From positions 1 through 43,973 of the forward strand of contig JAURXS010000052.1 of the NCBI GenBank assembly GCA_030654305.1: 43,973 nt of DNA. Reading direction: 5' to 3'. Position 1 is the stretch's first letter; each line of letters starts with the position of its first letter. Shown here piece after piece: positions 9,337 to 17,415 of this stretch. Source of the stretch: a bacterium. Its GTDB lineage: Bacteria; Krumholzibacteriota; Krumholzibacteriia; LZORAL124-64-63. A model generated the notes under the pieces. The model was given only the letters and a program-made list of their open reading frames with translations. It was not told the DNA's origin and made no database searches. The translations under genes and the position numbers were made by a program.

Positions 9337-10260
9337 GTGCAGGATCCCGCCGCCACGCCCGAAACCGTGTTGCCGCCCGCCGGCGCCCCCATCTCCTGGG
9401 AGCTGCCGCCGGAGCTGGAGTACTTCCACACGAGCGAGGCCTACCGCGTCGACCTGCCCGACTTCAACGGTCCCCTGGATCTGCTGCTCTACCTGATCCA
9501 GAAGGACGAGATCGACGTCTACGACATCCCCATCGCGCGGATCACCGAGCAGTTCCTGGCCTACCTCGAGATCATCCAGGCCCTCTCGCTCGACACCGCC
9601 GGGGACTTCCTGGTGATGGCGGCGACCCTGCTGCGCATCAAGGCCCGCCTGCTGCTGCCCACGCCGCCGCAGGACGAGGAGATCGACGAGGAGGACCCCC
9701 GCGCCGAGCTCGTGCGCCGCCTGCTCGAGTACAAGCGCTACAAGGAGATGGCGGCCAGCCTGCAGGCGCTCGAGCGCGACCGCAGCCAGCTGCACCTGCG
9801 CCAGCAGCGCTACCCCTTCCTGCGCGAGAACGCCGAGCCGCCTCAGCTGCGCCTCGGCATGTTCGAGCTGCTCAGCGCCCTGAGCGAGGTCTTCGACCGC
9901 GTCAGCAAGGAGCTGGTCCACAACGTCGTGCGCGAGGTCTTCACGGTCGCGGACAAGGTCCGGCTGATCCGCAGGCGGCTGGCCGAGGAACGCACCGTCC
10001 GCTTCGACGACCTGTTCCGCGACGACGCCATCAAGATGGAGGTCGTGGTGACCTTCATCGCCATCCTGGAGCTCGCCAAGCGCAACCTCGTGCGCATCGT
10101 GCAGACCGAGGTCAACGGCGCCATCTGGGTCCAGCCGACGCCCGGCGCGGATTTCTCCGAGGACGGGGAGACCTGGGACGAGCGGGCCACGATCGACGAC
10201 GGCGACGGGCAAGAGAAGGCGGCGGGCCAGATACCCGGCGCCGCGGAGGCCAGCGCATGA
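9337..10260 (+). CDS. scpA: segregation and condensation protein A
   Basis: FNGPLDLLLYLIQKDEIDVYDIPIARITEQFLAYL is the ScpA N-terminal signature. GTG at 9337 lies 9 nt after the trpS stop. The start is somewhat uncertain. The C-terminal tail is acidic. Confidence 0.85.
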   Translation: MQDPAATPETVLPPAGAPISWELPPELEYFHTSEAYRVDLPDFNGPLDLLLYLIQKDEIDVYDIPIARITEQFLAYLEIIQALSLDTAGDFLVMAATLLRIKARLLLPTPPQDEEIDEEDPRAELVRRLLEYKRYKEMAASLQALERDRSQLHLRQQRYPFLRENAEPPQLRLGMFELLSALSEVFDRVSKELVHNVVREVFTVADKVRLIRRRLAEERTVRFDDLFRDDAIKMEVVVTFIAILELAKRNLVRIVQTEVNGAIWVQPTPGADFSEDGETWDERATIDDGDGQEKAAGQIPGAAEASA

Positions 10261-10970
10261 AGCAGGATCTCGAAGCGCTCCTGTTCGCCACCGACACCCC
10301 CCTGGGCGCGGCCCGGCTCAAGCCCCTGTTCCCCGGGGCCGAGGCGAAGGATTTCCGCGAGGCGGTCGACGCCCTCAACGCCGAGTACGAGCAGCAGGGG
10401 AGGGCGTTCACGGTCGTGGAATTCGGCGGCGGCTGGCAGCTGGCCTCGCGCCCGGAGTACGCCGGGCTGATCCAGCAGCTCTACCGCGGCCGGCGCTTCG
10501 TGCGCCTGTCGCAGGCGGCGCTGGAGGTGTTGGCGGTCATCGCCTACCGCCAGCCGGTCACGCGCATGGAGATCGAGGAGATCCGCGGCGTCCAGGTCAG
10601 CGGCGTGCTGGCGACCCTGGGCGAGCGCAACCTGATCACCGTGGCCGGCCGCAGCGACAGCGTCGGCAACCCCATCCTCTACGGCACGACCCGCGAGTTC
10701 CTCAACCACATGGGCATCAAGGGCCTGCACCAGCTGCCACCCCTGCCCGAGCTCGCCGGCATCATCGGCGACCGCGAGGAGATCAAGCGCTTCGCGCAGC
10801 AGCTCGGCGAGGAGATCACCGACGAGGACTTCGAGACCGTCGCCATCCGCGGCGACGAGATCCTCGTGGTGGTGCCGGACGCCGGCGACGCTGCGACGGA
10901 CGTCGCCGACGGCGGGCCGACGGCCGACGAACCCTGCGAACCGGACATTGCCGAGGCCCATGACGCCTGA
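10257..10970 (+). CDS. scpB: segregation and condensation protein B
   Basis: LEALLFATDTPL..., AALEVLAVIAYRQPVTRMEIEEIRGV (winged helix). The ATG overlaps the scpA stop (ATGA). Confidence 0.88.
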   Translation: MKQDLEALLFATDTPLGAARLKPLFPGAEAKDFREAVDALNAEYEQQGRAFTVVEFGGGWQLASRPEYAGLIQQLYRGRRFVRLSQAALEVLAVIAYRQPVTRMEIEEIRGVQVSGVLATLGERNLITVAGRSDSVGNPILYGTTREFLNHMGIKGLHQLPPLPELAGIIGDREEIKRFAQQLGEEITDEDFETVAIRGDEILVVVPDAGDAATDVADGGPTADEPCEPDIAEAHDA

Positions 10971-11703
10971 CAACGACGCCCAGCGCCTGAACCGCTTCCT
11001 GGCCCGCGCGGGGTTCGGCTCGCGCCGTTCCGTCGAGACGCTGATCGCCGACGGCCGCGTGCGCATCGACGGCGAGGTCGCCGCCAGCCCGGGCTGCCGC
11101 GTCGCGCCGGGATCCCGCGTCACGGTCGACGGGAAGGACGCGGCCTGGCCCACCGCCTGGCGCGTGCTGGCCCACCACAAGACACTCGGCGTCGTCACCA
11201 GCCTGCGCCAGCAGGGCCGGGCGCCCTGCCTCGCGGGGGTCGCCGCCGCCGCCGGATTCGGCCCCGGGCTGGTCCCCGTCGGCCGCCTTGACGCCGACAC
11301 CACCGGCTTGCTCATTTGGACCGACGACGGCGACCTGGCGCAGGCCCTGCTGCGCCCCCGCCGCCAGGTCTGGAAGCGCTACGAAGTGCGGCTCGCCGCG
11401 GCCCTGCCGCCGTCGGCGCGGCCCCGCCTGACCGACGGCGGGATCATGCTCGACGGGCACCCCTGCCTGCCGGCCCGCCTGCACCCGCCGGGCCGCGACC
11501 CGCGCCGCTGGATCCTCGAGATCCAGGAGGGGCGCAACCGCCAGGTCCGCCGGATGTTCGGCGCCGTGGGGGCGACGGTCCTGGGGCTGCACCGCACGGC
11601 GATCGGGCCGGTCACGCTCGGGGACCTGGCGCCGGGGAAGTTTCGCGAACTGACGACCGGGGAGATCGCGGCCCTGCGCGCCGCCGCCGACGGCGGGCCC
11701 TGA
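10948..11703 (+). CDS. rluB: pseudouridine synthase, RsuA/RluB family
   Basis: N-terminal S4 domain (RLNRFLARAGFGSRRSVETLIADGRV) and catalytic GRLDADTTGLLIWTDDGDL. Its position after scpAB matches rluB synteny. An alternative ATG lies at 10960. Confidence 0.82.
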   Translation: MPRPMTPDNDAQRLNRFLARAGFGSRRSVETLIADGRVRIDGEVAASPGCRVAPGSRVTVDGKDAAWPTAWRVLAHHKTLGVVTSLRQQGRAPCLAGVAAAAGFGPGLVPVGRLDADTTGLLIWTDDGDLAQALLRPRRQVWKRYEVRLAAALPPSARPRLTDGGIMLDGHPCLPARLHPPGRDPRRWILEIQEGRNRQVRRMFGAVGATVLGLHRTAIGPVTLGDLAPGKFRELTTGEIAALRAAADGGP

Positions 11704-11741
11704 GCGGGCCGGACACGACACGCACGGACGAGGAGGAATTC

Positions 11742-12839
11742 ATGGACTACACGCGCCTGTTCCGTCCCGGGATCCTCGCCACCCGACCCTACTCGCCCGG
11801 CAAACCCATCAGCGAGGTCCAGCGCGAACTCGGCCTGGACAGCGTCATCAAGCTCGCCAGCAACGAGAACCCCGAGGGGCCGCTGCCGTCGGTCGTCGCC
11901 GCGGTCCGCGCGGCCGCCGCGGAGCTGAACCGCTACCCCGACGCGGCCTGCCACGACCTCGGCCTGGCCCTGGGCGCGGACCTGGGCCGGGACCCGTCCT
12001 GGCTGCTCTTCGGCAACGGCTGCAACGAGATCATCGACATGTTCATCCGGGCCCTGGTGTCCCCCGGGGAGAACGTGGTCTTCGGCCACCCGAGCTTCAT
12101 CGTCTACCCGCTGACCTGCGCGGTGCACTTCGAGTGCGGCCGGCCGGTCCCCCTGCGCGACGACCGCCACGACCTGCCGGCGATGGCGCGCGCCGTCGAC
12201 GGCAAGACCAAGCTGGTCATCGTCTGCAACCCGAACAACCCGACCGGGACCTACAACACGGCGGACGAGTTCCGGGCCTTCCTGCGGGACGTCCCGTCCG
12301 ATGTCATCGTCATGGTGGACGAGGCCTACGTCGAGTTCGTCACGGCGCCCGACTACCCCTGCACGCTGGAGCTGCTCGACGCCCATCCGAACCTGGTGAT
12401 CAACCGGACCTTCTCGAAAATCCACTCGCTCGCCGGCTTGCGGGTGGGCTATGCTGTGGCGCACCCCGGCCTGATCGCCGAGCTGCACAAGACCCGGGAA
12501 CCGTTCAACGTCAACGCGTTGGCCCAGGTCGCGGCGATCGCGGCGCTGCGGGAGAAGGCGGAGACCGCGGCCCGGGCCGCGCGCAACCGCGCCCAGCTGG
12601 AGCAGCTCGCCGCCGGGCTCGCGGCCCTCGGCCTCGAGGTGACGCCGTCGCAGGCCAACTTCCTGCTGGTGCGGGTGCCGGGGAACGCGACGATCGTGAC
12701 CCAGGAGCTGTTGAACCGCGGCGTGATCGTGCGCCCGATGAACGCCTTCGGCCTGGGCGAGGGCGCGATCCGCATCAGCGTGGGCCTGCCCGCGGAGAAC
12801 CGGCGCTGCCTCGAAGCGCTCAAGGAGATCCTGGCGTGA
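11742..12839 (+). CDS. hisC: histidinol-phosphate aminotransferase
   Basis: IKLASNENPEGP, NPNNPTG, and FSKIHSLAGLRVGY (PLP lysine). AGGAGGA lies 5 nt upstream of the ATG at 11742. Confidence 0.9.
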   Translation: MDYTRLFRPGILATRPYSPGKPISEVQRELGLDSVIKLASNENPEGPLPSVVAAVRAAAAELNRYPDAACHDLGLALGADLGRDPSWLLFGNGCNEIIDMFIRALVSPGENVVFGHPSFIVYPLTCAVHFECGRPVPLRDDRHDLPAMARAVDGKTKLVIVCNPNNPTGTYNTADEFRAFLRDVPSDVIVMVDEAYVEFVTAPDYPCTLELLDAHPNLVINRTFSKIHSLAGLRVGYAVAHPGLIAELHKTREPFNVNALAQVAAIAALREKAETAARAARNRAQLEQLAAGLAALGLEVTPSQANFLLVRVPGNATIVTQELLNRGVIVRPMNAFGLGEGAIRISVGLPAENRRCLEALKEILA

Positions 12840-13696
12840 GTTCCGATCCGCAGCTGAAGCCGTTGCGGCCCGCCGACGCGGACCGCTACCCGCGCAGCGG
12901 CCGCGCGCCGGGCCAGGACACGACGCTGGTCCGGGTGGGCGCGGCCGTCTTCGGCGGGCAGCGCCTGGTGGTGGCCGCGGGGCCCTGCGCCGTGGAACCG
13001 AGCGGGTCGCTGCTGGCCACCGCCGCGGCGGTGCGCGACGCCGGCGCGACCATCCTGCGGGCGGGCGCCTACAAGCCCCGCACGTCCCCCTACGACTTCC
13101 AGGGCCTGGGCCGCGAGGGGCTGGCCCTGCTGGACGAGGCCCGGGCCGCGACCGGCCTGCCGGTCGTCACCGAGGTGCTCGACCCGCGCGACGTCGAAGC
13201 CGTGGCCGCCGTGGCGGACATGCTGCAGATCGGCAGCCGCAGCGTGCAGAACGTGCCGCTGCTGCGCGAGGTCGGCCGCAGCGGCAAGCCCGTCCTGCTG
13301 AAGCGCGGCATGATGACCACGGTGCACGAGTGGCTCAGCGCCGCCGAGTACGTGCTGTCGGCCGGCGGCCGCGACCTCGTGCTGTGCGAGCGGGGGATCC
13401 GCACCTTCGAGGACGCCACGCGCAACACCCTCGACCTGAACACCGTCGTGCTGCTGAAGCAGCGCACGCACCTGCCGGTGATCGTCGACCCCAGCCACGC
13501 CTGCGGCGACGCGAACCTGGTCACGGCCCTCTGCCGCGCCGCCGTCGCGGCGGGCGCCGACGGCCTGCTGATCGAAGTGCACGTCGACCCCCTGCTGGCC
13601 CTGAGCGACGGCGACCAGTCGCTGGACCCCGCCGCCTTCCGCGCCGCCATGACCGCCTGCCGGGCCGTGGCCGCGGCCGTGGGCCGTGAGATCTGA
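12836..13696 (+). CDS. aroF: 3-deoxy-7-phosphoheptulonate (DAHP) synthase, type I-beta
   Basis: VAAGPCAVE, LRAGAYKPRTSPYDFQGLG, LQIGSRSVQN, LLKRGMMTT and DPSHACG match the KDO8PS-like DAHP synthase family. GTG at 12836 overlaps the hisC stop. Confidence 0.85.
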   Translation: MSSDPQLKPLRPADADRYPRSGRAPGQDTTLVRVGAAVFGGQRLVVAAGPCAVEPSGSLLATAAAVRDAGATILRAGAYKPRTSPYDFQGLGREGLALLDEARAATGLPVVTEVLDPRDVEAVAAVADMLQIGSRSVQNVPLLREVGRSGKPVLLKRGMMTTVHEWLSAAEYVLSAGGRDLVLCERGIRTFEDATRNTLDLNTVVLLKQRTHLPVIVDPSHACGDANLVTALCRAAVAAGADGLLIEVHVDPLLALSDGDQSLDPAAFRAAMTACRAVAAAVGREI

Positions 13697-15248
13697 CCCG
13701 GGGCGCGGCCCCGGCGCTCCCACTCACGACGCCCCCACTCATGACGCCAACGTCCACGACGCTCACGTCGACCACCTGGACGGCTCCGATCCCTGCGGCC
13801 CGCAATCCTACGGCCCCGTGCCGCCCGACACCGTCGTCGCCATCGACGGCCCCGCCGGCTCCGGCAAGTCCACGACCGCCCGCGCCCTGGCCGACCGGCT
13901 CGGCCTGCTCTACGTGGATTCCGGCGCCATGTACCGCGCCCTGACCTGGGCCGCCGCCGCCGCCGGCGTCGACCCGGACGACGAGGCGTCCCTGCTGCGC
14001 CTGCTCGACGGCGCCGACCTGACCCTGCGCACGAACCGCGGGGAGACCGCCGTCTTCTGGGACGGGCGCGACATCTCCGCCGCGGTGCGCACCCCCGAGA
14101 TCGAGGCCCGGGTCTCGGCCGTCTCGGCCCACGCCTCGGTGCGGGAGCGGATGGTCGCGCGCCAGCGCGCCATGGGCCGACGCCAGGGCGTGGTCATGGA
14201 GGGGCGCGACATCGGGACGGTGGTGTTCCCGCTGGCTTCGGCCAAGATCTACCTGGACGCCACCCTGGAGGCCCGCGCCGAGCGGCGGCTGCGACAGCAC
14301 CGCCGACGCGGCCTGACGGTGGATCGGGGGGAGGTCCTGCGCGAGGTGGAGGCCCGCGACCGTCGCGACAGCGAGCGCGCCGCGAGCCCCCTGCGCATCC
14401 CGCCGGACGCGGTGGTCATCGACAACAGCGCGCTGTCGCTCGAGGACCAGCTCGAGGCCACCGAGGCCGCGGTGAGGCGCCTGCTGGCGTACCGGCGGCC
14501 GGCCGACGCCGGACGGGAGGGCGAGCTGTCCCTGCGCTACCGGATCGCCTTCGCCGTCTTCAGTTCCGTGGGCCGTTTCACCGGCCTGCGGGTCATCGGC
14601 CGCGAGCACGCGAACCTGCACGGCTGCATCCTCGCGCCCAACCACGTCAGCAACTGGGACCCGCCCGTCCTGGGCGCCGCCCTGTCCGGCAAGAACCACA
14701 TCCGCTCGATCGCGAAGGAGGAACTGTTCCGGCTGCCGCCGTCGGCCCTGCTGTACCGGTTCCTCTACTCGATCCCCATCAAGCGCAACATCTACGACAC
14801 GGCGGCCTTCGACCGCGCGGCGCAGGTCCTGGCCGAAGGCCAGAATCTCCTGTTCTTCCCGGAGGGGATGCGCCGCGTCTACGGCGAGCCCGGCCCGGTC
14901 CGCAACGGGCTGGGGCTGCTGATGCAGCGCACCGGGGCGCCGACCGTCCCGATCTTCCTGCGGGGCACGCTGTCCCCCCAACCCGGGGGAGGCCCGCGGG
15001 CGCCCCTGGAGGTCTCCCTGGCCCCGCCAGTCCGGCTGCACGCCCTGCCCGTCCTGGGACGGCGCCTGGAGCCGCGGGCGCTCAGCCGCGAGATCGGCCG
15101 GCTCTTCGAGGCGATCTACCGCGAGATGCAGGAGCGGTCCGCCGAGCGCCACCCCTTCACCGATTGGGAGAGGGAGGCCACCGAACGCGTCCGCGCCGCC
15201 ATCCTGCGCAAGGAGGCCCGGACCTTCCACAACCGGCGCCCCTTGTAG
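13686..15248 (+). CDS. cmk: fusion protein: cytidylate kinase (N-terminal) plus 1-acyl-sn-glycerol-3-phosphate acyltransferase (C-terminal)
   Basis: Cmk part: VVAIDGPAGSGKSTTARALADRLGLLYVDSGAMYRA, EGRDIGTVVFP. PlsC part: NHVSNWD (HX4D) and FFPEGMR. One uninterrupted frame. The start is uncertain: GTG at 13686 (longest) or GTG at 13818, which gives a canonical short Cmk N-terminus. Confidence 0.85.
   Translation: MRSDPGRGPGAPTHDAPTHDANVHDAHVDHLDGSDPCGPQSYGPVPPDTVVAIDGPAGSGKSTTARALADRLGLLYVDSGAMYRALTWAAAAAGVDPDDEASLLRLLDGADLTLRTNRGETAVFWDGRDISAAVRTPEIEARVSAVSAHASVRERMVARQRAMGRRQGVVMEGRDIGTVVFPLASAKIYLDATLEARAERRLRQHRRRGLTVDRGEVLREVEARDRRDSERAASPLRIPPDAVVIDNSALSLEDQLEATEAAVRRLLAYRRPADAGREGELSLRYRIAFAVFSSVGRFTGLRVIGREHANLHGCILAPNHVSNWDPPVLGAALSGKNHIRSIAKEELFRLPPSALLYRFLYSIPIKRNIYDTAAFDRAAQVLAEGQNLLFFPEGMRRVYGEPGPVRNGLGLLMQRTGAPTVPIFLRGTLSPQPGGGPRAPLEVSLAPPVRLHALPVLGRRLEPRALSREIGRLFEAIYREMQERSAERHPFTDWEREATERVRAAILRKEARTFHNRRPL
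13719..13763 (+). repeat. 15-nt tandem repeat (two near-identical units plus degenerate units)
   Basis: cccactcacgacgcc / cccactcatgacgcc (14/15 identical), then aacgtccacgacgct and a weaker fourth unit. In the cmk frame it encodes THDAP-THDAN-VHDAH-VDH. Confidence 0.6.
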
Positions 15249-15273
15249 TCGCCCTGCCGGCCCGTCGCCGCCC

Positions 15274-15302
15274 TTGCCAAAACCGCCCCCGGCGTGTATA
15301 TT
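15274..15302 (+). promoter_or_regulatory. sigma70-type promoter for rpsA (TTGCCA-17-TATATT)
   Basis: cTTGCCAaaaccgcccccggcgtgTATATTccg lies about 57 nt upstream of the rpsA ATG, in one of the few AT-rich spots of the window. Confidence 0.6.
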
Positions 15303-15312
15303 CCGCGACATG

Positions 15313-15329
15313 CCCGGCTGATTGCCGGG
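15313..15329 (+). promoter_or_regulatory. hairpin in the rpsA 5' leader
   Basis: CCCGGC-tgatt-GCCGGG, followed by taaatccgtcttttAGGAGGA and the ATG. Possible autoregulatory leader structure; this is speculative. Confidence 0.3.
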
Positions 15330-15358
15330 TAAATCCGTCTTTTAGGAGGAACCACACA

Positions 15359-17293
15359 ATGAGTCCCAACCCCAACTCGGGGGGTTCGTTTGCACGCCAT
15401 TCGAACTCTTCCGGATCCGACCGTCCCCTGCCGTCCCGCAAGTGGCGCGAGGAGCAGGACGACGACTACCCGGCCGCCCGGGTCCCGGCCACGCCGAAGC
15501 TGACCACCGAATTCGACGCCTCGAGCATCGTCAACCGCGACTATGACGACGACGGCGACGCGGCCAACTTCGACATGCTGGCGCTGCTCAACCAGTACGA
15601 GCAGACGCTGAACGAGATCCAGGAGGGGCAGATCCTCCAGGGCACCGTGGTCGAGGTGCGCGAGAACGAGGTCCTGCTCAACATCGGCTTCAAGAGCGAG
15701 GGCGTCATTCCGATCGAGGAATTCGGCACCACGCAGATCAAGGTCGGCGACACCTTCGACGTGTTCCTGGAGCACCTCGAGGACCAGGACGGCCTGGTCG
15801 TGCTGTCGAAGGAGCGGGCGGACTTCCTGAAGGTCTGGGACAAGATCAAGCAGGCGCACGAGAACGGCGAAGTCGTCAAGGGCGTCGTGGACCGTCGCAT
15901 CAAGGGCGGCCTCGTGGTGAAGCTGTGGGACGTCGACACGTTCCTGCCCGGCTCCCAGGTGGCCCTGCGGCAGGTGCCGGATCTGGATCAGCTGATCGGC
16001 AAGGAGATCGACTGCCAGATCATCAAGAAGAACAAGCGGCGCCGCAACGTCGTGGTCAGCCGCCGCATCGTGCTCGAGCGCGAGCGCGAGGAGAAGAAGA
16101 AGAACCTGATGTCCGAGCTCGACAAGGACCAGGTCCGCAAGGGCATCGTGAAGAACATCACGGATTTCGGCGCCTTCGTGGACCTCGGCGGGATCGACGG
16201 GCTCCTGCACATCACCGACCTGTCCTGGGGCCGCGTCAAGCACCCCAGCGAGGTCGTCAATATCGGTGACGAGATCCAGGTCAAGATCCTGGACTTCGAC
16301 CGCGACCGCGAGCGCATCTCCCTGGGTCTCAAGCAGCTGCAGAACTACCCGTGGGAGAACGTCGAGGCCAAGTACCCCGAGAAGGCCATCGTCCAGGGCA
16401 AGGTCGTCTCGATCACCAACTACGGCGCCTTCGTGGAGCTGGAAGAGGGCATCGAGGGCCTGATCCACATCAGCGAGATGTCCTGGACCCGGCACATCAA
16501 GCACCCGAGCAAGATCCTGTCCATCGGCGACGACGTCGAGGTCATGGTCCTGAAGATCGACAAGGGCAACGAGAAGATCTCCCTCGGCCTGAAGCAGACC
16601 GAGCAGGACCCCTGGCTGTCGCTCAACGAGCGCTACCCGGTGGGCACGATCATCGAGGGCCGCGTGCGCAACCTCACCGACTTCGGCGCCTTCGTCGAGG
16701 TCGAGGAGGGCATCGACGGTCTGGTCCACATCTCCGACATGTCGTGGACCAAGCGGGTCCGCCACCCGAAGGAGATCGTGCGCAAGGGCGACCTGGTCCA
16801 GGTGCAGATCCTGGACATCGACGCCGAGAAGCGCCGGATCAGCCTGGGCATCAAGCAGCTCCAGGACAACCCCTGGCCGACGCTCGCCGAGGACTACCCG
16901 GTGGGCCGCCAGGTCGAGGGCAAGGTCATCCGCATGCTGGACCACGGCATGGTGGTGGAGATCGGCAACGACATCGAAGGGTTCGTGCCGGTGGGCCATC
17001 TGGCCATCCCGAAGCTGGACAAGCCGCAGTTCTTCTTCCACGAGGAGGAGGCGCTGCCGATGCACGTCATCAAGATGGACGCCGAGAACCGGCGCATCGT
17101 CCTGTCGGTGGCCGAGTTCTACAAGGACCAGCCGCGCGACACCCTCGAGGCCTACATCGCGGCCCACCCGCGTCGTGACGACGTGGTGGAGACCGAGATC
17201 GACCCCGAGGGCGCCGACGAGTACGCCGACGCCGCCGTGGACATCCCGGCGTCGCCGATCGGCGACCTCGACGGGGTGGACGGGGACGCCTAG
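15359..17293 (+). CDS. rpsA: 30S ribosomal protein S1
   Basis: 645 aa with six S1 repeats (for example GIVKNITDFGAFVDLGGIDGLLHITDLSW, GKVVSITNYGAFVELEEGIEGLIHISEMSW). AGGAGGA lies 8 nt upstream of the ATG at 15359. cmk-rpsA synteny is classical. It has a low-complexity N-terminal extension of about 60 aa. Confidence 0.93.
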   Translation: MSPNPNSGGSFARHSNSSGSDRPLPSRKWREEQDDDYPAARVPATPKLTTEFDASSIVNRDYDDDGDAANFDMLALLNQYEQTLNEIQEGQILQGTVVEVRENEVLLNIGFKSEGVIPIEEFGTTQIKVGDTFDVFLEHLEDQDGLVVLSKERADFLKVWDKIKQAHENGEVVKGVVDRRIKGGLVVKLWDVDTFLPGSQVALRQVPDLDQLIGKEIDCQIIKKNKRRRNVVVSRRIVLEREREEKKKNLMSELDKDQVRKGIVKNITDFGAFVDLGGIDGLLHITDLSWGRVKHPSEVVNIGDEIQVKILDFDRDRERISLGLKQLQNYPWENVEAKYPEKAIVQGKVVSITNYGAFVELEEGIEGLIHISEMSWTRHIKHPSKILSIGDDVEVMVLKIDKGNEKISLGLKQTEQDPWLSLNERYPVGTIIEGRVRNLTDFGAFVEVEEGIDGLVHISDMSWTKRVRHPKEIVRKGDLVQVQILDIDAEKRRISLGIKQLQDNPWPTLAEDYPVGRQVEGKVIRMLDHGMVVEIGNDIEGFVPVGHLAIPKLDKPQFFFHEEEALPMHVIKMDAENRRIVLSVAEFYKDQPRDTLEAYIAAHPRRDDVVETEIDPEGADEYADAAVDIPASPIGDLDGVDGDA

Positions 17294-17327
17294 CCGCCCC
17301 CGCAACGGACCGGTCGGGGCAAGCGAT

Positions 17328-17356
17328 GGGGGTGGCGCCTAGCCACCCCCTTCTCC
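17328..17356 (+). terminator. rho-independent terminator after rpsA
   Basis: GGGGGTGGC-gccta-GCCACCCCC gives a 9-bp perfect stem, followed by TTCTCCC. Confidence 0.6.
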
Positions 17357-17415
17357 CATCCGGCCGCCTGCCGGATCCGACGCAAGGATCGACGCAGACA
17401 AGGAGCGACGCAGTC

